Assembly: GCA_038562165.1 (NCBI GenBank)
Contig: JBCFAO010000019.1
Span: forward strand, 995 to 64,994
Origin: Clostridiales bacterium
Lineage (GTDB): Bacteria > Bacillota > Peptococcia > DRI-13 > UBA5745
Reading direction: 5' to 3'
Length of the DNA: 64,000 nt
Under the pieces are notes generated by a model, which was not told the origin of the DNA, did no database searches, and was given only the letters and a program-made list of their open reading frames with translations. A program made the position numbers and the translations under genes. Shown here one piece after another: positions 46,374 to 54,514 of this stretch. Within the stretch, counting starts at the first letter, position 1, and each line of letters begins with the position of its first letter.

Positions 46374-47108
46374 ATGTGGGGACTATTATTGCCAACAATT
46401 TTAACAAGCGCTGCGGACAGCCTTAATCCCTTTGCTATAACTCAACAATTTGTTTTGCAAGGCATGGTTAAAAAGCCAAAACATATATGGTATTTTATTG
46501 TGCCAACAGGCGTCACCAATTTAATCGGAGGTTTTTTGGTATATTTCGGACTGGCCGCTTTTATTGCCAACTTCTTTAACAGAATTGTAGAAAGCTATGG
46601 ACAGCTTCTATTTATTGCCGAATTAATACTTGGCATCACTTTTTGCAGCAGTATCTTCTTTTTAATTCAAAATAATAAAGTCAGCCAATTAAAAAACCGG
46701 ATTCAATCCATAGAATCCGGTGAAAAGATCAATAAAAATGATGAAGAAGAAGCTGTAAGCAAAATAAAATCCGTATCTCCCCTTGCCTTAATAACTTTAG
46801 GAGTAGGCGCAACACTTTCCGAGTTGACGACCGCCCTGCCTTACTTTGCTTTTTTGGCTATCCTCCTCAATTATCAGCTCTCATTCTTACAATTATCATT
46901 TATACTTGTCCTTTACAATACGATCTATACCCTGCCTTTAATAATTTTATATTTTGTCTATATCAAGGCTCAGGATAAATTTGATCGCCTTTATCTGATG
47001 ATTAAAACTCAAATTACGAAATGTGCTAATATTTTGGCCCCTACGTTGATGGGTATTATCGGTGCCGGTTTAATATTTCATGCCATGACCTTGCTGCTAA
47101 ATCTTTAG
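46374..47108 (+). CDS. Integral membrane protein, GAP/DUF2910 (Sap-like) family candidate; riboswitch-controlled
   Basis: SD AAAGGAGG. The N-terminus is SAADSLNPFAI. There are two clusters of about 3 TM segments separated by a charged loop (KINKNDEEEA). Confidence 0.6.
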   Translation: MWGLLLPTILTSAADSLNPFAITQQFVLQGMVKKPKHIWYFIVPTGVTNLIGGFLVYFGLAAFIANFFNRIVESYGQLLFIAELILGITFCSSIFFLIQNNKVSQLKNRIQSIESGEKINKNDEEEAVSKIKSVSPLALITLGVGATLSELTTALPYFAFLAILLNYQLSFLQLSFILVLYNTIYTLPLIILYFVYIKAQDKFDRLYLMIKTQITKCANILAPTLMGIIGAGLIFHAMTLLLNL

Positions 47109-47896
47109 GATATCATTTCAGCGCCAATGGTGTACGTCCAGGCGCCCTCAGATTTTATGGCCGTGCATTCGTGGAAGAAATAGGCTCCGAGGCCGCTGCG
47201 CCATTTCCCTGCATTAAAAGTAAATTCATCACCTGACATAGTCGTATCTTCAATGTTGAACAATAGGCCTTTTTCAAAATACAGCTTATCCTTGTCAATA
47301 TAACCTTGCTCACTTAACTCTGCATAGGTTGCCGCCATGATTTCCTCGCTATAGGTTTCCCTAAGCAAATGAAGCAGCGCTGCTTTTTCCGCTTCCGTCA
47401 GATTGGAGACTTTGGTGAAGTCAAAGGCCAAAATGCTGATATTGCTATTCAAGCCGGGATCAACTTTGTATAAATCGTCGATCACCCTCCTGTAAAGGCC
47501 GGTGATATCGTCACCCCGGCCTTTAATATGGACGCCCTTTATACCGCCAAGGCCCATAGGAAAGCTTTCCTGCACCCTGCCGTCGAAAGCTACATCCACC
47601 AGCATTCCTTGCTCCAATGCTTCGATACCTAATTGGGTTCCATCCTCTGCAATAACCTCTATTCCATCACCGCCAATCCGGTAGATATCTGCCGGCCCCG
47701 CATCTTCCGCCATATTGGCCAGCAAGATGGATGAACCATTGATGTCTATAACCTTTGCGGTCAAAATCGCCTCAGAAACATTAGGATCATCCTTCCCCTG
47801 GGTTTCAGGCCCGGGCGGGCAGGAAATAGACTGCGAGCAAGCAACAAGAGTCAGTATAGTTAACGTCGCCAGAAAAATCAAGATAGCTCTCTTCAT
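47105..47896 (-). CDS. Lipoprotein of unknown function
   Basis: Lipobox TLVAC. ATG 47896 with SD GAAGGGGGAG. It is the last gene of the PadR-DUF2812 unit. Confidence 0.65.
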   Translation of the reverse strand: MKRAILIFLATLTILTLVACSQSISCPPGPETQGKDDPNVSEAILTAKVIDINGSSILLANMAEDAGPADIYRIGGDGIEVIAEDGTQLGIEALEQGMLVDVAFDGRVQESFPMGLGGIKGVHIKGRGDDITGLYRRVIDDLYKVDPGLNSNISILAFDFTKVSNLTEAEKAALLHLLRETYSEEIMAATYAELSEQGYIDKDKLYFEKGLLFNIEDTTMSGDEFTFNAGKWRSGLGAYFFHECTAIKSEGAWTYTIGAEMIS

Positions 47897-47970
47897 TGGC
47901 AGCTCCCCCTTCATCTTTAAGGTTTCTTTATTGCTTAGACTCCACAGATGAACAAAAGGTTCCCGTTACC

Positions 47971-49173
47971 CTATCCTTCTTTGGCCTCTTGCTGATAACG
48001 CAGCCGTTGAGGAATCAAAGGCACAATATTCTCGATGTTCTCCTTGCCATAGTAAGTAATATGGATCACTCGATTATCCGCATAAGCAAATATATGTTTC
48101 CGGGTACCCTCCTCAGCAATATAAGCTTTATCCAGTCCGGGATAGTTAATTTCCCGGATATCAACATCCTCGCGATAAATATAGCGGTGGATGAGATCAG
48201 AAGTCAGATTTTCCGCCAGGCCGCCAAAAGTCAGCTGATAATACCGGGTGGTTATGCTAGGCGAATATATGCCGCTTTGATCGTCCCACATTTCATCTTC
48301 GATAATGCCGTGTTCATCTATCTCGTACTGAACAGGGGATAACAGGCTCCAGTCAGAGCTGACCCGATTTTCCCAATCCACATTATTGTCCCGATAACCT
48401 GTTTTGCGTATAAGACCAGGATGTTTTTCTATCTCCCCAAGCCGTATAACCGGCAGATTAGCAGTTCCTTCCGGCAGCGTATAATCCTTGCTTCTGGCAA
48501 TATCGATGAAGGGGATAAAAACGGTAGATAAGGCAAGGGGTAAATATATAGCGGCCAATATACCGCCCAGCAGCCTGGCTCTTCGATAATCCTCATGATG
48601 GTTAATTTCCTGCCCTTGCAATAGGGATTCTCTAAGCCGGCGAACCACTATATAGTTGCGTGTCACTGTATAAAAGACGTAGAGTTCAATAATTACGAGA
48701 AGCATTTGCTGGACAAACTGCCCTTTTATCATGAACAAGAAGAGTTCATCATTAAAGATATAAATGCTGGCCATCATCCCCAAAAACAAAACCATGCCAA
48801 TGGATATGATAATTAGATTTTTTCTGAGCCGTTTATTTAACTCCGACAATGAAAAGCCTTGCTCAATCGTATCGGTGTGCAGCTCGGCGACGCAGGAATT
48901 CTCAGGGGCCGAAAAAATGGAAAAATCGCCGTTATTTGCGACAAAATCCCAGCCGCAATCACCATAAACCTCCAATTGTTCCGGCGAAGGCTTGCCCTTT
49001 ATATAATCGATTCGATATTTTGTTTCCCTGGGCTCTTCCTTTTCAAAATAAACAAACAGAGTTCCGATTTTTTTTAAATGCAAGCCTTTTTTGGTCATCG
49101 CCGAAAACCAGTTTTCGTTGCGGCCGATGGCATAAATATCGTCAAGCATTAGTCTTTTTACTAATTTGCCCAT
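47971..49173 (-). CDS. DUF2812-domain membrane protein with an extra C-terminal domain
   Basis: The N-terminal region (IGRNENWFSAMTKKGLHLKK...YRIDY) plus 2 TM segments is typical of DUF2812. Its start abuts the PadR stop. Confidence 0.7.
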   Translation of the reverse strand: MGKLVKRLMLDDIYAIGRNENWFSAMTKKGLHLKKIGTLFVYFEKEEPRETKYRIDYIKGKPSPEQLEVYGDCGWDFVANNGDFSIFSAPENSCVAELHTDTIEQGFSLSELNKRLRKNLIIISIGMVLFLGMMASIYIFNDELFLFMIKGQFVQQMLLVIIELYVFYTVTRNYIVVRRLRESLLQGQEINHHEDYRRARLLGGILAAIYLPLALSTVFIPFIDIARSKDYTLPEGTANLPVIRLGEIEKHPGLIRKTGYRDNNVDWENRVSSDWSLLSPVQYEIDEHGIIEDEMWDDQSGIYSPSITTRYYQLTFGGLAENLTSDLIHRYIYREDVDIREINYPGLDKAYIAEEGTRKHIFAYADNRVIHITYYGKENIENIVPLIPQRLRYQQEAKEG

Positions 49174-49485
49174 TTATCGTTTCTCCTCCAGGATTTTTCC
49201 ATCCTCAATCATCTGCTGCAGCCTTTTATATTCCCCATTAAGAACTGCTTTACCCTCTTCCGTGATGGCATAAGTCTTTCGCCGGCCGTCATCCTGCAAT
49301 ATTTCAATGAGTTGATCCTTTTGCAGCCTGGTAAGAACGCCATACAGTGTTCCCGGCCCCATTCTGATACGCCCCTTTGATACTTGCTCAATAGCAGCCA
49401 TTAATTGATAGCCATGATTGGGATTTAGCAAAGCCAAGAGTATGTAATACATTGCTTCCGTCATCGGCATTCCTGAGTTGGGCAT
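49174..49485 (-). CDS. PadR-family transcriptional regulator
   Basis: Sequence YYILLALLNPNHGYQLM...GPGTLYGVLTRLQKDQLI. ATG 49485 with SD GAGGGGGA. Confidence 0.88.
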   Translation of the reverse strand: MPNSGMPMTEAMYYILLALLNPNHGYQLMAAIEQVSKGRIRMGPGTLYGVLTRLQKDQLIEILQDDGRRKTYAITEEGKAVLNGEYKRLQQMIEDGKILEEKR

Positions 49486-49655
49486 ATGATCCCCCTCACT
49501 TATTATTATGTCACACGATATATCGCATAACATAATAATAGGGTCAAAAAACGTATTTGTCAATGTGCTATTGCCAATGCCTTATTGTTTACTTATTACA
49601 TATAATGGGATATAATCAATATAAACTTGACCTTTGTACGGAAAGGAGCAGCTTG

Positions 49656-49967
49656 ATGGAAAGAGTTTATACTACCGATGAGATAAAAGCAAAGTTGCTG
49701 CCTATTTTTAAAGCAGCCCCCATTGAAAAAGCTATCCTTTTTGGTTCCTATGCAAAAGGCACTCCCACACAGTTTAGTGATATTGATATTGTCATTGACA
49801 GCAAAGGTAAAATTCGGGGAATTGATTTTTTCGGTATTCTTGAAGATATTACAGAAGCCTTTGACATTCCTATAGATTTAATTGAGGCATCACAAATAGT
49901 CGATGGAGGGCGTGCTCAACAGGAAATTGCAGAAACGGGGATAGTTATTTATGAGAGAACAAAATAA
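49656..49967 (+). CDS. mntA: MntA-type nucleotidyltransferase antitoxin
   Basis: GSYAKGTPTQFSDIDIVID is the GSX10DXD motif. SD GAAAGGAG. Confidence 0.85.
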   Translation: MERVYTTDEIKAKLLPIFKAAPIEKAILFGSYAKGTPTQFSDIDIVIDSKGKIRGIDFFGILEDITEAFDIPIDLIEASQIVDGGRAQQEIAETGIVIYERTK

Positions 49968-50280
49968 ATTAATTCTAGAAAAAATAAAGAAGTATGCACT
50001 ACAAGCAATCCAATTTAAAGAGGGTATGAATTTCGTAGAGTTCTCAAATAACTTGAAAACTATATCTGCCTGTGTTTTTAATTTAAGTCAAATTGGAGAG
50101 TTGGTAAGTCGATTAGACAATGATTTCCTTGAAGCTAACAGTCAGATTCCCTGGCGAAAAATAAAAGGTATGAGGAATAGGATTGTCCATGATTATGAAG
50201 GGATACAGCTCGATATAGTTTGGGATGTGCTAGTAGATTTTTTACCCGCATTTATCAAAGATATTAATGAATTTATTTAA
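49951..50280 (+). CDS. hepT: HepT (DUF86) RNase toxin
   Basis: RNRIVHDY is the RX4HXY motif. It overlaps the upstream nucleotidyltransferase gene by 17 nt. Confidence 0.85.
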   Translation: MREQNKLILEKIKKYALQAIQFKEGMNFVEFSNNLKTISACVFNLSQIGELVSRLDNDFLEANSQIPWRKIKGMRNRIVHDYEGIQLDIVWDVLVDFLPAFIKDINEFI

Positions 50281-50322
50281 ATTCTCCGCTATCTATTTGA
50301 TAAAATTTAAATGAATTACCAT

Positions 50323-50362
50323 ATAAGGAGGGGCGTCTAATTAATGGGCAGCCCCTCCTTAT
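50323..50362. terminator. Bidirectional hairpin between hepT (+) and the 492-aa gene (-)
   Basis: TAAGGAGGGGC, a 16-nt loop, then GCCCCTCCTTA. Confidence 0.7.
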
Positions 50363-50373
50363 ATGTTGCTATA

Positions 50374-51852
50374 TTAATTCCCTTCCATCCTCTTTACAGC
50401 CAAGGACTCGTAAGTTGTATAGTGCTGCTGCAATTCGTCTTCAAAAACATAAGCGCCCTTTACGATCAAGTCCTCTGTCCTGGCATAGGGAATCCCTAAT
50501 GGATGTGTGCGGTGAATGTAGCTAAACAAAGAATAAGTGGAATAAACATCGCTGTCGGCCGTGACGGCATAGCGGTAAAGTACATAACCCCCCTGATCCG
50601 CAGCCCCAAAAGGATAGCTTAAAGCCGCTGTGATGGGAGTGGAGCGGTAGCTGCCAAACATTGTATTCCGGATCACCGGTTCACAGGTAAGGCGGGGAAA
50701 GTCCGCCATATACTTTATGCCTTTTTTACTGTAAAACAGACCACTGCTGACAATCTCTTTATCCTCGTCTTCCGTCCCGCTTGAGATCAAAAAGCCATCC
50801 TGCCAAACCGGCTTCCCTCCCTGCCAGCTAAAACACTGCATAACATACATCTGCTTTTGCGGCATTTCGGCATAGATTGTGGTAACCTCCAGATTTTTTT
50901 GCCCCGGCTCATAAGTATGGGTAATAAAGATGTGGCCTTCATCGCCCTCCCGGTGCTCAATTTTCTTTGGATCAAACATCAAGAGCTTGCCGAAAGCCTC
51001 CACATGTACGGCTTCGCTTAGTAATATCACATCTTCTTCGGCAAGATGCTCCAAAGCCTCCGCCGGAAAATCAAGATCAAGCAGCCGCTGCCTTGACTCC
51101 GTAATCTGTGGCGGATGATATTCTTGGGGTTCCAAGCTTAAGTGACTGTAAAACCCATTACAAGCAAGCACCAGGACTAAAGCGGTAAGGCAGTATGCCT
51201 TGCCAAAGGTCCCGCTGCTAATCCTCACCGGTGCATTTGCCAGAAGATACCCCGTATCCTCCAATTGGCCTTCAATGCGATACAACAGCCTGATAATAAA
51301 AACATAACATGCGATCATAGGAATAGCCACCAGCCAGCTGCCGGCAAGGGGTGATAGGGCAATAAAAAATATTGCTGCCGTCCACAAAGCGGCCCAAAGC
51401 AAGGGGGCATCCTCCATTAATTTACCGGCCTTTGTAAAGGTCTCTTTTAAAGCCCCATGAAAAAGGAGAAACATTGCTATTTGAAAAGCCTGCATAATAA
51501 AGCCGGCAGCCAGCACAGAGTAATCCGATAAATGCAAAGGGGTAGACAGCCAAATCAGACCGGCCAGCTCCGCAAACAGCTTGATTATAGAAAATACCCA
51601 TAGGGTCTTAAAATATCTGTTTTCATTCCTTAAGCTGCGAAAGCCCAGGAAAATCATTACTGTCCCTATAGTAGGCAAAATGTATTGCAGATATAAGAAA
51701 TTCAGACGCAGCGTCGTCAGGATCAAGCCGCCGATAATCCGGTCCAGAGGTATACTCCAGGGATTCGTCTTACGGATTTCTTCATCCGGAGGCGCTACTT
51801 CGCTAAGCCCCTCAATCAACTGGCGGTCAAAATGAAGCTCTTTTTCGCTCAT
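50374..51852 (-). CDS. Polytopic membrane protein with a large C-terminal domain, translationally coupled to the ECF sigma factor (putative anti-sigma/sensor)
   Basis: Its start overlaps the sigma-factor stop as ATGA. About 6 TM segments are followed by a roughly 250-aa soluble domain. No zf-HC2 motif was seen. Confidence 0.6.
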   Translation of the reverse strand: MSEKELHFDRQLIEGLSEVAPPDEEIRKTNPWSIPLDRIIGGLILTTLRLNFLYLQYILPTIGTVMIFLGFRSLRNENRYFKTLWVFSIIKLFAELAGLIWLSTPLHLSDYSVLAAGFIMQAFQIAMFLLFHGALKETFTKAGKLMEDAPLLWAALWTAAIFFIALSPLAGSWLVAIPMIACYVFIIRLLYRIEGQLEDTGYLLANAPVRISSGTFGKAYCLTALVLVLACNGFYSHLSLEPQEYHPPQITESRQRLLDLDFPAEALEHLAEEDVILLSEAVHVEAFGKLLMFDPKKIEHREGDEGHIFITHTYEPGQKNLEVTTIYAEMPQKQMYVMQCFSWQGGKPVWQDGFLISSGTEDEDKEIVSSGLFYSKKGIKYMADFPRLTCEPVIRNTMFGSYRSTPITAALSYPFGAADQGGYVLYRYAVTADSDVYSTYSLFSYIHRTHPLGIPYARTEDLIVKGAYVFEDELQQHYTTYESLAVKRMEGN

Positions 51853-52376
51853 CTGAAATCACCTCCCAATTCGCTCTGTAGCTTTTTGCGCAGCCGGTAC
51901 AGTCTGCCCTCTATACTGCGCTGGGTCACCCCAAGCTCTGCAGCAATTTGAGCAGTCTGCTGCAGGTAATAATACTTACGATAAAAAATATGCTGCTCTT
52001 CAGCCGGCAAGGTCAAAATAGCCCGCTTCAGAGTTTCAGCCTGTTCCCGCCGCAGAATGTCATCCTCCAGGGAAGGCGTACGGATCGATTCTTCTTTTAA
52101 CTCTTCGTGCTCTCTGGGACCCCGCTTTTGGTAATTAAGAGCGGTATTGCGGGATATAGCGGTGAGCCATGTAGAGAATCTACCCTTTTCCGGAGCATAA
52201 CTCCCTACAGAATGCCAGACCTTCATACAGATATCACTGATGCATTCTTCTATATCTTTGGGGTCCTGCAAAATATGGCCCACAATATAATGCATCATTC
52301 CCGAATAATGCTGCTGCAAAAGCTCTATTCCTTTTTCCTCCTGTTGTTTAATCAGTTCGACGATCTTATCCTGCAC
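51849..52376 (-). CDS. ECF-type RNA polymerase sigma-70 family factor
   Basis: Region 2 and region 4 are present (AAELGVTQRSIEGRLYRLRKKL). GTG start with SD GGAGGAGGTG. Confidence 0.88.
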   Translation of the reverse strand: MQDKIVELIKQQEEKGIELLQQHYSGMMHYIVGHILQDPKDIEECISDICMKVWHSVGSYAPEKGRFSTWLTAISRNTALNYQKRGPREHEELKEESIRTPSLEDDILRREQAETLKRAILTLPAEEQHIFYRKYYYLQQTAQIAAELGVTQRSIEGRLYRLRKKLQSELGGDFR

Positions 52377-52509
52377 AGGCTCACCTCCTCCCTTATTCTA
52401 CTATACAGGAGTATTCGGAAAATCCCACGGAATTTTTAAATTTTTCCTGGGACACTGACTGGTCATGACTACCCGCCACCACAGAAGCGCCATTATAAGC
52501 TTAATAAAA

Positions 52510-52538
52510 GTTGCAATTTTCTGATAAGAAAGTTATAA
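52510..52538 (+). promoter_or_regulatory. Sigma-A type promoter candidate upstream of the MCP locus
   Basis: TTGCAA (52510-52515), a 17-nt spacer, then TATAAT (52533-52538). Confidence 0.6.
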
Positions 52539-52662
52539 TATTATGAAAAAGTATGTTATGAAAAAGTATATTAGGAAAGAGGAGATTATATGAGACAGAC
52601 AGAACCTCAGCATAGCGGTGTGGCGCATTCCAAAAGACGTTCTCTCAAGCGAACCTTTCTAA

Positions 52663-54432
52663 TTGCCATCAGCGGCCCTTATGTTCGCAAATGATAAAGG
52701 CATTGCCATAGATGGCTTTGACGTCAGCTCCCGGGAGCATTATCAACGGGCCATGGCAGGTGAAACCTATGTCTCCTCTACCTTAACCAACGCAAGAACC
52801 GGCAATACAACGCTGATGGTAGCAGCCCCCGTCAATCACCCCGGCTTTCGCGGAGTAGCCTTCGCAACCCTGGACAGCGGTACCTTCAGCGCCATGGTTG
52901 ACGGTATTAAAATCGGCCAACAGGGCTACGGTCTGATTGCGGACAAAAACGGTAAAATCATCGCCCACCCCAACCTTGAGATAGTAGACAAGCAGCTTAA
53001 TTATCTTGAGGAAGCCAAGGAAAACGATGTAGACCCATCCCTCATCGCGCTTTTCGAGGACATGCGCGCCGGAAATAGCAGCATGATGCAGGTAAACATG
53101 GGCGGCCAGAAGCTGATAGCCAGCTATATGCCCATTCCGCATACAGATGGCTGGTCTATCGGAGTATGTGCAAGCCTGGATGAGCTGCTGCAGAGCTTTC
53201 GAACCTCCCTCACTATTGCGGTGCTGCTGATAGTTGTTGCTGTTGCCGTTTCAATTCTGGTGGCCTTCCGTATTGCAACCCCCATCGTGAAGCCCATCGT
53301 GGAACTAGTGGAACGTATTCGTGGCCTGGCCGTAGGCGATTTGACCTCTCCGGTGCCTCAGGTCAACACCCGGGACGAGATAGAGACACTCTCTGTCTCT
53401 TTCCGCGAGACCACTGAGAGCTTAAACGGCTACATCGGGGAGATTTCCCAGCTGCTGGCCAATCTGGCCCAGGGCGACTGCACCGCCGTAACCCAGCAGG
53501 AGTATCGCGGCGACTTTGCGCAGTTGAGGGACTCCCTCAACCGCATCTCTGAAAACTTAAACGCCACTTTCTCCAGCATCAAGGGCTCCATCGAGCAGGT
53601 AGCCGCAGGATCAGACCAGGTCTCCAGCGGGGCTCAGGCCCTGGCCTCCGGATCCACAGAGCAGGCTGCCACCGTGGAGGAACTGAACGCCTCGATTACA
53701 CAGATCGCCGAACAAGCCGCTGCCAACCTATCTACTATAGAGGTGGCCGCAGGATATATTGAGCAGGCCGCCGCAGGCGTGAATACCAGCAACGAATATA
53801 TGCAGCAGCTTTCCGATGCGATGGCAGAAATCAGTTTTTCCTCCAGCCAGATTGCAAACATTACAAAAGTTATTGAGGATATCGCTTTCCAAACCAACAT
53901 TCTCGCACTGAACGCCGCCATCGAAGCTGCCCGGGCCGGCAGTGCCGGAAAGGGCTTTGCTGTTGTGGCCGACGAAGTACGTAATCTTGCCGCTAAGTCT
54001 GCCGAAGCCGCCGGCCAAACTGCGCAGCTGATTGCAGCCTCTGTGGCTACAGTAGAGCGTGGAAAACAAATCACCTCACATACGGCACAGGAATTGCGGA
54101 ATACAGGAGTAAATACCGAGCGGGTAGTCGAGGGCTTTGGTAAAATCGAAGAGTCCTCGAAGGCACAAACCATCTCCATCGAGCAAATCAAGGATGGACT
54201 GAACCAGGTTTCCGCCGTTGTACAGACTAACGCCGCCACCGCCGAGGAAAACTCCGCCACCAGCGAGGAAATGTCGGCACAGTCCGCCATACTGCGCCAG
54301 GAGGTTGAAAAATTCAAGCTTCGGGCAGGAAGTATGCCTTCCTACCGCGAAGCAGCAGCGTATTCCCATACCCTTGCCCCATCTGCTGCCTTGCCTAACC
54401 CAGGTTTCGGGGCAGAAGCAGCAAAATATTAA
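52663..54432 (+). CDS. Methyl-accepting chemotaxis protein (Cache-type sensor, HAMP, signalling domain); the 5' end appears disrupted
   Basis: The conserved signalling hairpin [36 protein letters not shown] is present, with one TM segment followed by HAMP. The ORF begins at TTG immediately after an in-frame stop and lacks TM1. Confidence 0.85.
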   Translation: MPSAALMFANDKGIAIDGFDVSSREHYQRAMAGETYVSSTLTNARTGNTTLMVAAPVNHPGFRGVAFATLDSGTFSAMVDGIKIGQQGYGLIADKNGKIIAHPNLEIVDKQLNYLEEAKENDVDPSLIALFEDMRAGNSSMMQVNMGGQKLIASYMPIPHTDGWSIGVCASLDELLQSFRTSLTIAVLLIVVAVAVSILVAFRIATPIVKPIVELVERIRGLAVGDLTSPVPQVNTRDEIETLSVSFRETTESLNGYIGEISQLLANLAQGDCTAVTQQEYRGDFAQLRDSLNRISENLNATFSSIKGSIEQVAAGSDQVSSGAQALASGSTEQAATVEELNASITQIAEQAAANLSTIEVAAGYIEQAAAGVNTSNEYMQQLSDAMAEISFSSSQIANITKVIEDIAFQTNILALNAAIEAARAGSAGKGFAVVADEVRNLAAKSAEAAGQTAQLIAASVATVERGKQITSHTAQELRNTGVNTERVVEGFGKIEESSKAQTISIEQIKDGLNQVSAVVQTNAATAEENSATSEEMSAQSAILRQEVEKFKLRAGSMPSYREAAAYSHTLAPSAALPNPGFGAEAAKY

Positions 54433-54444
54433 TAAAACGAAATA

Positions 54445-54496
54445 AAAACAGGGTATGCCTGCAAGCAAAAAGCTTGACGGCATACCCTGTTTTTTA
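54445..54496. terminator. Bidirectional rho-independent terminator between the MCP gene (+) and spoVAC (-)
   Basis: AAAAACAGGGTATGCC...GGCATACCCTGTTTTTT. Confidence 0.88.
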
Positions 54497-54514
54497 GTTA
54501 ATCCTGATTGGTTT

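Noticed and set aside
53634-54483. Minus-strand ORFs of 227, 113 and 135 aa inside the MCP gene.
   Set aside because: They are antisense to the highly conserved MCP signalling domain. Their Ala/Ser-rich composition is what the reverse frames of the Ala/Glu/Gln-rich MCP coiled coil would produce.
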